From positions 2,170,001-2,234,000 of the forward strand of contig CAKKNE010000006.1 of assembly GCA_918797485.1 (NCBI GenBank): a stretch of 64,000 nucleotides of DNA, in the 5' to 3' direction. The translations under genes were made by a program, and so were the position numbers. Positions 30,521 to 41,253 of the stretch are shown one piece after another; the stretch's first letter is position 1; each line of letters begins with the position of its first letter. This DNA comes from Pelagomonas calceolata. Lineage: Eukaryota. The notes beneath the pieces were generated by a model. That model saw only the letters and a program-made list of their open reading frames with translations. It was not told the origin of the DNA and made no database searches.

Positions 30521-33500
30521 TCAGCCCGAGCGCTGGAACCGCGGAGACCGGCGTGGCGAGCGCCGCGGCGGCGGCGAGTTCTCCCGCGTTTTGATGGGTG
30601 TCTTGCGCGAACCCGGCGTCTTCGACCGCTTCCGGTTCGCGCCCGCCGAACTTCGTAATCGTGAGGACAGCGGCGGCGACGGCGCGCGCGGCGACTGGGG
30701 GTTCGGCACCGCCGCCACGAAGGCCGCGAGCTTCGACGGCGACTTTCGTGATTGAGACCGCGGCGACAGCGCCGGGGAGGTCGGGTTCGGCACCTTGGCC
30801 ATAAACGCCGCAAGAGGAGAGGTAGGAGCAGCTTTCCGCGGGGACCGCGCCGGCGACTCGAGGCTCCTCCGGCTGAAGGCGCCGAGTGCCAGCTCCGGCG
30901 ACGCGGACGCGGCAGGCTCGGGCGACCGTTTCGACGCCCAGGCGTCGAGCGCGCCGAGCGCGCCGGCGGTGTCCGCAGGCGGCGTCTTGGGCAGCGACGG
31001 CGCCGCCGACGCCCAGGCCGAGAGCGAGAGCGGCTGCGAGCTGGGCTCCGTCTTTGTTGGAGACGGCGCCTCCTCCGTGGACGCGGGCGACGGCTGTTCC
31101 TCGGCCACGGGCGACGCCACGGGCGTCGGCGCGTCGCAGTGCTCCCGCAACGCGTGCGCCGTCTGGACGATGCGCCACAACTTCAACCGCCGCGCCACGA
31201 CCCGCCACCGGCCCGTCAGGTGGTGCTTGCGGCAGGCGCCCAGCAGCTCCGCGTCGAAATCCGACGCGACCGTCGGGGCCGCCGGCGCGACGGTCGACGC
31301 CGGGACGACGGCGCCGTCGGCGAGCGTCACGTTCACGGACTGGGGACGCGGCGGCAGGGGCGGCGGCACGGGCGGGCACACGGAGAGCCGTGTCGCGTCG
31401 ACGGCGAAGACCTCGCCCTGGGCCCGGTGCGCCTCCAATTCGTTCTGCAGATCTTGTAAACGCACCTCCAATTGATCGGTTTTGGAGGCCTTGGCCTCGG
31501 CCACGTCCAAGGCGCGCTGGAGCTTTCTCAATTGCAGTCGCAGGTCGTCGGCGTCGTCGTTCGCGCGGATGTAGGCGCGCTGCGTCCCGATCGTGCCCTT
31601 GAGGTCGCGCACGGTCTGGCGGAGCTCCTTGCACTCGTCCTTGTGTTGTTCCGACGACTGTCTTCTCAATTCCGCCTCGGCGCGCGCCGCTGATAATGCT
31701 TCGGCGTTTCGCCGTTGTTCAGCCTCGGCGTCGCGTCGCGCCGCCACCTCGGCATCGCGCCGGGCCGCCGCCTCGGCGTCGCGTCGCGCCGCCGCCTCGA
31801 TCGCCTCCACCGCATCGGCCCCGGCGCCTTCCCGCGCCAAAGATAACCGCGCGGCGCTCAGCGCGCCCTCGACCAATCCATCGGCACAAGCGTCGCGCGC
31901 GCCGTCCACGATCGTGGCGACGCGCTGCGTGAAGCCCGCCGCGTCGTCGGCTAAAGCCGCCGCGGCCTGGGCCGCGTCGGCCGCGGCGCCGCGCGACGCC
32001 GCGAGCGCCGCCTCGGCGCGGTCGGCGCGCCGCGCCCGCTCGGCCGCGTCGGCCTCGGCCCGCGCCGCGCGCGCCTCGGCGGCCGCGCACCGGTCCCGCG
32101 CGTCGCCGCCGTCCGCGAGCGCCGCCTCGGCGCGCGCCGCGCGCGCCAGCGCGTCCTCGGTCGTTTTCATGCGCGCCGCGCCTGCGTCGGCGGTGTTGCG
32201 TAATCGACGCGATGGCGTAGCAATGGGGGACGCCGGCACCGAACCGTCGCTCGCGTTCTGTTTAAGAGCCGCCTCGGCCGCCTCCGCCCTTCTACAGAGA
32301 GCGCCGACGGCGTCCAGCGACGCGCGCGGCGGCTTCTCCCTTTCATCACGCAAGACGTTGCCCGTCGTGCGCCGCCGCCTTCTCTTAAGCTCGGCGATCG
32401 CGTCGGCGTCGCCGACGCTCAGCGCCAGCTTCTCCAGCGTCTTGATGCGTCTAGCTTTCTCCTCGAGCTTCGCCGCTTGGGCGGCCACGGCGCGCGCCAA
32501 CTGCAGGTTCTCCCTCTCTAATCTCTCGGCCCGCGCGGCCGCCTCTGGATCACTTTTCTTCGGTACGACGGTGTTCGGCACGATGCGGATGGACGCGCGC
32601 GCCGCCCTTCTTCCAAATTGGAGCGTCCTTCTGGTTTCCTCGAGCTGGGCCGTCCCCGGCGCGACGCAGCAGATCAGTGCTAATTTAGCCCGTCCTTGTA
32701 ACGTGGGCTGCAGCAACCTCGTCAAAGTCGCGTTGCGAAAACTGGGTTTCAGGCGGTCGCCCATCTGCCTCAACACATGGTTTAAGGCACTCAACGACTT
32801 GTTGATGCCGACGCCCTCGTGGAACCGCGTTTCAGGCGCGCTCACCCAGGCCCGCTGGCCGTTCTGCGAGTGCTCTCCCGACTTCCTTCTTTTAGGCTTC
32901 TCGGACCCCGCCAGGTCGACCACACAGAGCGTCGCCTCAAACCTTACACCTCGGACGTCCGTCTCGACGCGCAGTCTTAATACAGCGTGGCTCCGCGACG
33001 ACTTCGCGTTCAGTCGCGTCGCCCCGCGTTTTCGGTTCCGTTCACCCCTATTGACGACCGCATCCAGGGCGTTCGGCGAGCCGATGCGCACCTCGTGCGC
33101 GCCCGTGACGCGGACCACCGGCTTGTCCTTGACTTGTACTGAGGACCTCGCGTCGAGTAAATCGGTGAGCTTCTCGTCATAGACCTCAAGATACGACGCC
33201 CACACTCGAACACCGCCCTCGGCCGTGCCCTCGTCGAAGACCTGCTCGCAGGCGAGCCGCATGACGCCCTGGGTCGTGTGCGTCTTGCCCGACGCCGTCT
33301 GGCCGTAGGCGACGATCGTGCCGGACCGTCCTACCAATAAGCCGCCCACGACTTCCCGGCAACTCCTCTCGTAGACTTGTTCCGTATGTACATCAGTACC
33401 ACACACCGCGTCGAACCTATAACGCTCGCCGGAGTGCTTGCCGGCCGCTTGCGTGATCGTCGTTTGATCGACGGTCCAGCCCGCCTCGCCGTCGGCGCCG

Positions 33501-33583
33501 CCCGCCGGCCGGACGCGGACGCAGACGAGGACGGATTCCTCCTCGCCTTCCTCCTGCTTCGTCTGTTTGGCGGGGGTCGTCAT
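30521..33583 (-). CDS. Kinesin motor protein (kinesin-7/CENP-E-like)
   Basis: VCVRVRP, AYGQTASGKT, SYLEVYDE, SSRSH, VDLAGSE, INKSL, coiled-coil stalk. Confidence 0.93.
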   Translation of the reverse strand: MTTPAKQTKQEEGEEESVLVCVRVRPAGGADGEAGWTVDQTTITQAAGKHSGERYRFDAVCGTDVHTEQVYERSCREVVGGLLVGRSGTIVAYGQTASGKTHTTQGVMRLACEQVFDEGTAEGGVRVWASYLEVYDEKLTDLLDARSSVQVKDKPVVRVTGAHEVRIGSPNALDAVVNRGERNRKRGATRLNAKSSRSHAVLRLRVETDVRGVRFEATLCVVDLAGSEKPKRRKSGEHSQNGQRAWVSAPETRFHEGVGINKSLSALNHVLRQMGDRLKPSFRNATLTRLLQPTLQGRAKLALICCVAPGTAQLEETRRTLQFGRRAARASIRIVPNTVVPKKSDPEAAARAERLERENLQLARAVAAQAAKLEEKARRIKTLEKLALSVGDADAIAELKRRRRRTTGNVLRDEREKPPRASLDAVGALCRRAEAAEAALKQNASDGSVPASPIATPSRRLRNTADAGAARMKTTEDALARAARAEAALADGGDARDRCAAAEARAARAEADAAERARRADRAEAALAASRGAAADAAQAAAALADDAAGFTQRVATIVDGARDACADGLVEGALSAARLSLAREGAGADAVEAIEAAARRDAEAAARRDAEVAARRDAEAEQRRNAEALSAARAEAELRRQSSEQHKDECKELRQTVRDLKGTIGTQRAYIRANDDADDLRLQLRKLQRALDVAEAKASKTDQLEVRLQDLQNELEAHRAQGEVFAVDATRLSVCPPVPPPLPPRPQSVNVTLADGAVVPASTVAPAAPTVASDFDAELLGACRKHHLTGRWRVVARRLKLWRIVQTAHALREHCDAPTPVASPVAEEQPSPASTEEAPSPTKTEPSSQPLSLSAWASAAPSLPKTPPADTAGALGALDAWASKRSPEPAASASPELALGAFSRRSLESPARSPRKAAPTSPLAAFMAKVPNPTSPALSPRSQSRKSPSKLAAFVAAVPNPQSPRAPSPPLSSRLRSSAGANRKRSKTPGSRKTPIKTRENSPPPRRSPRRSPRFQRSG

Positions 33584-34055
33584 GCTGCTCTGGACGTTTT
33601 GCTCTTTCTCTTCGCAGCGACAACGAATTGAGACCGCTCCTTCTCCACAGCTCTTGCCAGGCGCTGCGAAACTCTGTTCGTGGCCTCAGTTAGCTCAGCG
33701 CCGGCCCGTGCTGAGCGTTTTAGCAGAGGCAAAAGTGCGGAGCCAAACGTGCATACCCGCACCCATTGGATACCGTTTTTTCTTACCATGCCTGCACAGG
33801 AGTCCTCCGGAAGCCTCTCGCGGGACAATGGCTCCGGGCGGTGCCCTCGCCGGGGCGAGGTAGCAGTCTGCGTCGTGTGAGTGCAATTGAGGCTAAGACC
33901 AGCCTCTGCGATTGCACAGACGGCACACCTACGGACTAGGTCGGCGAGAGAGTTCTCTCCCTCGCACAGCCGTCTCGGTTCACGCAAATCGCCGTAAACC
34001 GCCTCACTGCAAGTCAGCAGCGCTGTCGCCGTAACCACACCTCACAGCAAGCAAG

Positions 34056-35087
34056 ATGCAGCGAGTCATCGTCGCACTCGCGCTCAGCGCGGGCGCCACT
34101 ACGGCCCTGCAGTTCGCCGCGCCGGTGCGCCCACTCAGCAAGCATGTCATGCGGGCCGAGGCCGACGCGCCGGTGACGGCCGCGGACATCGAGGACGCCG
34201 CCGAGGCCGCCGAGGAGGCGCCCGTCGTCGCCGAGGAGGCCGCCGCCGAGGAGAAGCCGAAGCGCAAGAGCAAGAAGGACGCGACGCCGCTCGACCAGCT
34301 GGTCGTCGGCGATTCCTACGACGGCACGATCACTGGAGTGGCCGCCTATGGCGCATTCGTGGACATCGGCGCCCAGTCCGACGGGCTGGTCCACATCTCC
34401 GAGTTGAGCACGGAGTTCGTGTCCGACGTGAGCGCGGTCGTCTCCGAGGGCGACGCCGTCTCCGTCAGAGTTCTTAAAGTAGACGAGCAGAAGAAGCAGT
34501 TGTCTCTCTCCCTAAAGCCCGAGGGCGCGGCGGCGCCGCCGAAGCGCGGCGGCGGCGGGCGGCGCACGAAGAAGGCCGGCGCCGACGAGCTGCGCAAGTA
34601 TTTGGATGCTGATCCTCAAGAGTTCGTCGAGGGCACGGTCCGCACGGTGCTGTCCTGGGGCGCCTTCGTGAACATTGCGGAAGGTGTGGATGGGTTGGTG
34701 CACATTTCGCGCGTGTCTGATGATCGCGTCGAAGATTTGGAGGCCATGCTGTCCCCGGGCGACAAGGTCCAGGTTCGAGTGGTCGAAGTCGACCTCGAGA
34801 AGGCCACGTTAGCCTTGGCCATGAACACGTACCGCGATCCGTCCACATTGCCTCCTAGAAGAGCTCGGGACGACGGCGACGGCGAGTCCGCCGCGGCGAG
34901 ACGCGCGAGGGACCCGGACGCCAAGTTCGGCGGCCAGCGCAAGCCGAAGCGCCGTGATCCGGGAGACGACATCTGGGACAACACCGACGACTTCGTCTGG
35001 AAGGACGTCTTGGAGAAGGCGGAGAACGAGGACGACATGTCGTCGGGCTTCGTCGTCGACGAGAAGGGCGTGCTGTCGCTCATGTAG
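34056..35087 (+). CDS. Plastid-targeted tandem S1-domain RNA-binding protein
   Basis: ATTALQF bipartite leader; two S1 repeats YGAFVDIG..DGLVHIS and WGAFVNIAEGVDGLVHIS. Confidence 0.88.
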   Translation: MQRVIVALALSAGATTALQFAAPVRPLSKHVMRAEADAPVTAADIEDAAEAAEEAPVVAEEAAAEEKPKRKSKKDATPLDQLVVGDSYDGTITGVAAYGAFVDIGAQSDGLVHISELSTEFVSDVSAVVSEGDAVSVRVLKVDEQKKQLSLSLKPEGAAAPPKRGGGGRRTKKAGADELRKYLDADPQEFVEGTVRTVLSWGAFVNIAEGVDGLVHISRVSDDRVEDLEAMLSPGDKVQVRVVEVDLEKATLALAMNTYRDPSTLPPRRARDDGDGESAAARRARDPDAKFGGQRKPKRRDPGDDIWDNTDDFVWKDVLEKAENEDDMSSGFVVDEKGVLSLM

Positions 35088-35136
35088 GGTTCCCCTCTCC
35101 GCTCCGTAAGTGCTATGGTATATATCTCGTGTGGCT

Positions 35137-36492
35137 TTACGCGTCCCCCGGCGCCAGCGCCCCCACCGCCTCGCAGATGGAGCTCACGACGCCGGAGAAG
35201 GGCGCTTCTCTCGCCTCGAGGCGCCGTTGTATGGCGTCCAAGTCCCTTTGTAACGCGTCGCGTTCTGCCACTTGCACCGTCCCCGCTTCGCAGGCAAGCT
35301 CGAAGCGCCGTCGTAAGGCGTAGAGGTCCCTTTGTAACGCGCCGGCGGCGGCGCGGTCCGCCACTCGCACCGCCTCAGCTTCGCGGGCGCGGAGGGCGGC
35401 TCGCGCGTCTCGCAGGGATTTCTCAATCCCCACTGCATCCGGGTGCGCGCCACCGAGAACGCGCCGCGCGGTCCGTTCCAACTCCTCGTGCTTGCTTACG
35501 GCCTCGCGGAGATCGTCAAGCGTGGCGTCGGCGTCCCTGTAGAGCACCCTCGCGTAAATCCAATTCATCTTGAGCGTAAGTTCATCACTTGTTCCGACGC
35601 GTCGCGCCACGGGCAGTGTCCTGCGCAACAGTGATTTGGCTTCTTCGAAGCGCTGTAGGTCCAGAAGCGACGACGCTAAGTTGTTGGCTTCTCGGAGGGT
35701 GTCAAAATGTTCTTCGCCGTATAGCTTCAACCAGCCAGAGTATATCTTCCGTCGCATCCGCAAGACCTCTTCATGCTGTCCAAGCGCTTCATACGCGATT
35801 GCAAGGTTTCCCTGCACAACGAGAATGTTGTGTTGTGATCCATTAGTGCGGAGCAGCATAGACAACTCGGCCTCTCTCACGGACAACGACTCTTTGTGAT
35901 GACGTGCAGACGCTAAACCGTTCCCAAGCACTGAAATCGCCACATTGTAAGCCCAGTCATCCTCCGGCCGCCCCACGTACGTCTTCCAGCACGCCCACGA
36001 GAGCGCGCACTCCACGACGCCGTGGTACATCTGTTCGCAAAGGCCGCACGTGTGCCACCGCTGAAACCTATCATTCTGCACCTTCCAGTCCAAGTTGTTC
36101 TCCTCGGCCTCTGCGACCAAAATCTTCGCTTGCTCCGCCAAGCACGAAACATGCGCGAAACCCGCCGTCCCGCGGCACGCGCACATTCGCACGAGGCCTT
36201 CCTTCGTTTTCCAATGGAGGGCCTGCGTGCAGATGTAGCACGTCTGACCCTTGGTGTCCTCGGCGCATTCCTTCGCAGCAACCGCTACGGCCGCCGTATA
36301 CTTCGTATCGGCATGAAATTGCTCGGCGCCGCCGCTTTTCTTTATCAATTTGCAGAGTTTGTCGTGTCCGCCTCCCTCCCAGTGTTGTTTCTGGCAGGCC
36401 AATCCGCAGTAGCGCGTCTTGCAGCGGCTGCATTGCTTGGCATTGGTACTGTGAAGTGGGGCAGCGCAGGCGGGGCAATGCGTGAGGATCAT
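35137..36492 (-). CDS. MYND zinc finger + RING-CH-like + TPR-like protein (copy 2)
   Basis: Paralog of 28510-29670 (shared ICTQALHWKTKEGLVR, ATLDDLREAV); start at MILTHC. Confidence 0.85.
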   Translation of the reverse strand: MILTHCPACAAPLHSTNAKQCSRCKTRYCGLACQKQHWEGGGHDKLCKLIKKSGGAEQFHADTKYTAAVAVAAKECAEDTKGQTCYICTQALHWKTKEGLVRMCACRGTAGFAHVSCLAEQAKILVAEAEENNLDWKVQNDRFQRWHTCGLCEQMYHGVVECALSWACWKTYVGRPEDDWAYNVAISVLGNGLASARHHKESLSVREAELSMLLRTNGSQHNILVVQGNLAIAYEALGQHEEVLRMRRKIYSGWLKLYGEEHFDTLREANNLASSLLDLQRFEEAKSLLRRTLPVARRVGTSDELTLKMNWIYARVLYRDADATLDDLREAVSKHEELERTARRVLGGAHPDAVGIEKSLRDARAALRAREAEAVRVADRAAAGALQRDLYALRRRFELACEAGTVQVAERDALQRDLDAIQRRLEAREAPFSGVVSSICEAVGALAPGDA

Positions 36493-36859
36493 CCTAGTGT
36501 TTGGGCTGCTTCTCGTGCTTTTCGCTTGGCACAACCGCTGCTTTTTGAGGCAGGTCTTTCAGCTAGTGGGTCGATACACTAGCGCCGAACCGGGCTGTGT
36601 TTCCATGCGTCCTATGGAGCCATGGGGCGCGCGAGCATGAGCCCTCAGAGCCGACTTTCGCACTTGCAAAAATAGGCGATTGGCAAGACAGCACATATCA
36701 AAACGCGGCCTCGCTAAGCAGCGTCTCCGCGAGCAAGCGCGCCAGCAGCACCTCTCAAAAGCCTCACAGCATTGCCGCGTGCAACGCTTTGAGCCAACGC
36801 CGTCGACGCGGCAGGATCAAAGCAGCTGACCTTGCAAAAAGCAAAAGACCACACACAAG

Positions 36860-38320
36860 ATGGGCAAGAACCAGGGCGCCAAGAAGGGCACAGTAGTACA
36901 TTTAGCCCATTTAGTCGCGAACGACAAGGCGCACATCCCCGACCGGCCGCAGGAGCGCGCTCCCGACGACCAGGGCTTCTTCCGGCGCGACTTCCGGGGC
37001 TACGGTTCGGACAGGCCGCAGGGCGATCGACCGACTTTTAGAAGTGAAGGTGATGACGACTGGCGGCGCGGTGGCGGCGGCGGCGGCGGCGGCTTCGGGG
37101 GCGGCGGCGGTTACGGGGGAGGCGGCGGCTACGGCGGCGACCGAGGCGGCTACGGCGGCGGCGGCGGCGGCTACGGCGGAGGCGACGCGCGGGGCTACGG
37201 CGGCGGCTCGTCCGGCGGCGAGCGGCCGCGCCTCAACTTGACGAGGAGAGGCGACTCCGGCGACGCCGGCCCGGCCAAGGTCGCGCCGTACGCGGCACCG
37301 CCCTCATCAGGCGGCGGCGGCGACAAGTGGGACAACATGTTCGGAGGGGGGAATAGAGGACCGCAGAGCGACCCGCCGCCGCCTTCTAGGTATGGCGCCG
37401 GCGGCGGCGAGTCGCGGTACGGCGGTGGTGGCGACGCGCGGGGAGGCTACGGCGGTCCCTCTCGCTACGGCGCCGGGTCCAGTGATAGACCGTCGGGCAT
37501 GGGTCGTTATGGTAGCGGAAACCGCTACGGCGCTTTACAGACTGGAAGTTCAGCGCCGGCGCCTAGAAAGGAAGAATTCCCGACCATGGCCGCCGCTACG
37601 CAAAAGAAGGAAGAACCTCAACACGTCAAGGAAGCTAGGTTAGCGATGGAGAAGGTCAAGCTCGAGAAGCGTCGATTGGCCGAGGAGGCGCACCGCAAGG
37701 AGCAGGAGGCCGCCGCGGCCAAGAAGAAGGCCGAGCGCGAGGCCGCCGAGCAGGCTGAAGCTGCGGCGAAGCAGAAAGCTTTAGAGGACGCGGAGAAGGC
37801 GCGCGTCGCGGGTCTGGAGTCCGCGAAGAAGCTTGAAGGGCTCACGGGCCAATCATTAGCTGATGCTGTAGCAAAACTCCCGGACAAGCCGAACGCCGAC
37901 GCCTTTGCCACGGCGCGCTTCGGTAAACATGGGAGCGACGTTTCGTGGCTGAAGACCGAGGCGCCCGCGCTTAAAGTGGTCGCGCCCTCTACCGAGGAGC
38001 AGGCTTCTCTCTTGTTAGCGACGCAGCGCCACCTCGCGTCCCTCGAGTTCCCGAAGGACGCGAACGGCAAGGGTCTCATTCAACAGGCCTTCAAGTTCCT
38101 GTTCCTCTGCGAGGTCTGTGATGTGGAGGCCTACGAGGCCTGGCGCGACGCCGACGATGCTGTGTCCGAGGCCGTGCCCGGGAAGATCAAGGCCTTGACA
38201 CAAACCACGGAGTTCTTCGCGTATCTAGATACGATCGATGAAAGCGATTCTGATGAAGAAGGCGACGAGGAGGAGGACGAGGAGGAGGACGAGCTGGCTC
38301 CCGCACCCGTCCCCATCTAG
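36860..38320 (+). CDS. Translation-factor-like protein: Gly/RGG-rich eIF4B-like N-terminus + C-terminal W2-like domain
   Basis: DDWRRGG, ERPRLNL, coiled coil, EAYEAWRD..PGKIKAL..FFAYLD followed by an acidic tail. Confidence 0.7.
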   Translation: MGKNQGAKKGTVVHLAHLVANDKAHIPDRPQERAPDDQGFFRRDFRGYGSDRPQGDRPTFRSEGDDDWRRGGGGGGGGFGGGGGYGGGGGYGGDRGGYGGGGGGYGGGDARGYGGGSSGGERPRLNLTRRGDSGDAGPAKVAPYAAPPSSGGGGDKWDNMFGGGNRGPQSDPPPPSRYGAGGGESRYGGGGDARGGYGGPSRYGAGSSDRPSGMGRYGSGNRYGALQTGSSAPAPRKEEFPTMAAATQKKEEPQHVKEARLAMEKVKLEKRRLAEEAHRKEQEAAAAKKKAEREAAEQAEAAAKQKALEDAEKARVAGLESAKKLEGLTGQSLADAVAKLPDKPNADAFATARFGKHGSDVSWLKTEAPALKVVAPSTEEQASLLLATQRHLASLEFPKDANGKGLIQQAFKFLFLCEVCDVEAYEAWRDADDAVSEAVPGKIKALTQTTEFFAYLDTIDESDSDEEGDEEEDEEEDELAPAPVPI

Positions 38321-38384
38321 GCGTCCTGTCTCGTCCTATAGTAACGTTTCCATATAAATATAGTACTACTTAGCCAACTAACAT

Positions 38385-40373
38385 TCACATGCGCGCGAGC
38401 TGGAGCTGCACTTCCGCGAGCACATCTTTGAGGTCGGCGACCGCCTCCTCGCATTCGGCGCGGTCGGTCAAAGCGTCGAGCCTCGACCGCGCGTCGCGCG
38501 CTATTTCGTGGCGCGTGGACGGGTCGGCGCGCTCCGCCGTCACGCCGGCCGCCCGCGCGAAGGCGTCGACCCGGAACGGCCCGCGCCGGGTCCCTCGGGC
38601 GACCTCCGCGTCGTGCGCGTACCTTCTAATCTGCGTATCGAGATACTTGGCCTGCTGGTCGTTGGTAGCTAAATTGAAGAAGACCGCCATAGGTATGGTG
38701 GCCGTCCAAATGCCCGACTCCTTTTCGCCGCGCTCCGCGATCAATTTCAACGTAAAAACCAAACTACTCCGCGTCGCGTGCTCCGGACACAGCAAGACCG
38801 TCGCCACCGTAAACACCTCGCGTACCGCTAAGTCCTGCGCCTCGTCTTTTATCGGGTGCCCAGCCAGTCTGAACATCGTGTAGTGCCACCGCTGCTCGAA
38901 GAAGCGCTCATTAAAGACTTCGAGGGCGACCAGGTCGTTCTTGTCCGCGTAGGTGGTCGACTGATACCAGAGCTCGTCCATATCCAATTTGAGCTTGCGT
39001 CCAGTGCGTTCGTAGTCGCCGAGCAGCCACCACCGCTGCGTATCTAACTCGGCCGGCGTCCCAATCCTAAGCGACTCCTTGAATCCAACGGAGATAAGAT
39101 GACCCTCGGCGGCGCGGATATGGTCCGACAGTATAGTGAGCATGCCGCGGATCGCGTGGCGCCCCTGCCTATTATCGCTCGCATCAAATAAATCCAGCTC
39201 CTCGACCTCGTCGTCCACATCGAGCCCGGCCAGCGCCTGGAGCTCCTGCACTGCTTCGTCCTCCTCGTCGTCCTGCTGCATCAATACGGGGACCTGCGCG
39301 GAACGACGTGGTTGCGAAACGGTCGCGGCGCCCTCACGAGACGCGTAGACCCCTTCGCGCGGCCGCGTCGGCAGCGTCTCGGTGGCGTGGTAGCGCGTCG
39401 ACGCGCGTCGCGGCGACCGCGTCATGTCGAAGCACTTTCCGCGCGGGGTACTGACGCGCGGCCGCGCCGCAGCCTTCCGTCGGGCCGCCGCGGCGTCGCG
39501 GGCTCCTTCGAGCCGGCCCGACGCGCCTATTCCCCAGTGCGACTCGCTGCCGTCAACGCGTACCTTTGTCTGCCGGCCGCGCTCGTCCGGGACCTTGTAC
39601 TCGTCGAGGCGCCCGTCCCCTCTCGGACCGGTCCAGGGCAAGCCCTTCTTCGAGTCCTTCGCCCCCTTCTGCATCCAGGCCGGCCGGCTCTTGAAGAAGG
39701 CCGACGTGTCCCAGTCGCCTTTGCGAAAGGTGAGGGCGTTCACGGCGCCCTGCTTCGCGCACTTGTCTTCGGCGCCCTTCGCCTCGCCTTTCGCGCCGTA
39801 GTCAAACACACATCGCTCCCACCTGTTCCTGAAATCGCAGTGTCGCAGATGACAATTTTGAAGGGCTCGAAACTGCGACGGCCCCACGTATCTAGTCCTA
39901 AAAATCTGCAGCAGCGCCTCTTCGTCCACGGGATCGGCCTCGAGCAGCGCTTGGACGTCCTCTGGGAGTCCGGAGTGCCAGTCACTTGCCCGGGCCGCCG
40001 TGCCTACTTCATTCATAGACTTTTGGCCTCTTGCGCGGAGTGCGTCTCTGTCAAAATCGAGCTCCCAGGCTCGAACTTCTAGGCCATTCACCGTTTTTAA
40101 AGGTCTCATAGGGACTCGCTCTTCTGCTACTAGGGCGCAGGTCAGGTCGACTCTTTTGCCCGCCCTGTACTCGCCGTCTTTGATGCGGAACTCGATTCGT
40201 GCAGCTCCGGCGAAGAACGTGCCGTCTTCCTTCTTAATCCTAAGTCCCAATTCTCTTGGCGTCGTGGTGTCGACGGTCATTTCATCGTCCTTGCGCACGC
40301 GTATGGGGCAGCGCGGGCCGCCGACCACAGCACCTCTGTATGCGGGCGCAGCTTTTTTCGGCATCTCTTGCAA
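38385..40373 (-). CDS. Orphan hypothetical protein (608 aa if the in-frame intron 39294-39455 is removed)
   Basis: 662-aa ORF with coding-like composition; no family recognised. Confidence 0.7.
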   Translation of the reverse strand: MQEMPKKAAPAYRGAVVGGPRCPIRVRKDDEMTVDTTTPRELGLRIKKEDGTFFAGAARIEFRIKDGEYRAGKRVDLTCALVAEERVPMRPLKTVNGLEVRAWELDFDRDALRARGQKSMNEVGTAARASDWHSGLPEDVQALLEADPVDEEALLQIFRTRYVGPSQFRALQNCHLRHCDFRNRWERCVFDYGAKGEAKGAEDKCAKQGAVNALTFRKGDWDTSAFFKSRPAWMQKGAKDSKKGLPWTGPRGDGRLDEYKVPDERGRQTKVRVDGSESHWGIGASGRLEGARDAAAARRKAAARPRVSTPRGKCFDMTRSPRRASTRYHATETLPTRPREGVYASREGAATVSQPRRSAQVPVLMQQDDEEDEAVQELQALAGLDVDDEVEELDLFDASDNRQGRHAIRGMLTILSDHIRAAEGHLISVGFKESLRIGTPAELDTQRWWLLGDYERTGRKLKLDMDELWYQSTTYADKNDLVALEVFNERFFEQRWHYTMFRLAGHPIKDEAQDLAVREVFTVATVLLCPEHATRSSLVFTLKLIAERGEKESGIWTATIPMAVFFNLATNDQQAKYLDTQIRRYAHDAEVARGTRRGPFRVDAFARAAGVTAERADPSTRHEIARDARSRLDALTDRAECEEAVADLKDVLAEVQLQLARM
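39294..39455 (-). mobile_element. Probable introner-derived in-frame intron (162 nt)
   Basis: Minus strand GTCAGTACC CCGCGCGGAA ... TTCCGCGCAG|GTC; 9/10 inverted ends. Confidence 0.65.
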
Positions 40374-40463
40374 CGCGAGGCAACAGCAATAATTGAGTAG
40401 GCACGTAAGGTGCCAGATATGGATTCTTCTCCGGGGTGCCCAGGCTTTTGGAAATTGTGCGAG

Positions 40464-40485
40464 CTAGCGGCCAGTAAGACACTAG
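40464..40485. promoter_or_regulatory. CTAG-N14-CTAG intergenic motif
   Basis: CTAGCGGCCAGTAAGACACTAG about 90 bp upstream of the start at 40373. Confidence 0.6.
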
Positions 40486-41253
40486 CAAGCAGGGCAAAAA
40501 TCGAGGCGCACAGCCGCTGAGGCAGCCTGCACGACCGCATCGCTGGCCAGAGTGATGCGTTGTATCAGTGCGTTCGGTCGCTGGACGCTGGACGCTGAAC
40601 GGCTGGCGCACGACGCGGTGCCGGCGGTCAGGCAGCCAGCGCTACTTGCAACAGGGCTGTGTTCGGGCGCTAAGCTCGCGCGGCACAGAAAGATTGGCCA
40701 CGGACGACAGCTCGTCGGCGTCGAAAAAAAACCCACACGACGCAGCTCACGAAGCGGCCACGCTTCCGCTCGCCGCGCTCCGGCTGGCGGGCGCCTGACG
40801 GTGTCAGCTCTGCCGCGACGTATCGCCTGCGCCACGGCTCCGGGCAAAGCCATGGTTTCGTCGCTTAAAGCCGCGTCGCGCCCAGCGTGACACGGCACTA
40901 CAACGGACGCGTCGCGCTGCTGTGTGACCTACCACGCTTTTTGCCCACTGCTTCGGCATCGGATGGCCACGTGCAGATGGTGACGCCGCGCCGGCTGTTG
41001 GCTCTTCGACGGTGTCGAGTCGCCTGATCTGTACGCCGTCGGCGTGCTGAGTCTACATAAAGTGCTCGATGATCACTAACACCGCTCGCGTCACAGCCAA
41101 CGGCAGACCGAGCGGCCCTCAGATTACCGCAACGGTATCCTGGGGGGCGCGGACTTCGGGCGTCACGCGTCGTACTCGGCGGCGCCCGCGGAGGGATCCT
41201 GCCGCTCAGCGCTCGATGTGCGAGAAAGAGAGAGAAGTTCTAGTACTTAGTAA

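Noticed and set aside
37070..37220. GGC-rich tandem repeats (also the 27990-28360 peptide repeats)
   Set aside because: Coding low-complexity sequence; not CRISPR or satellite.
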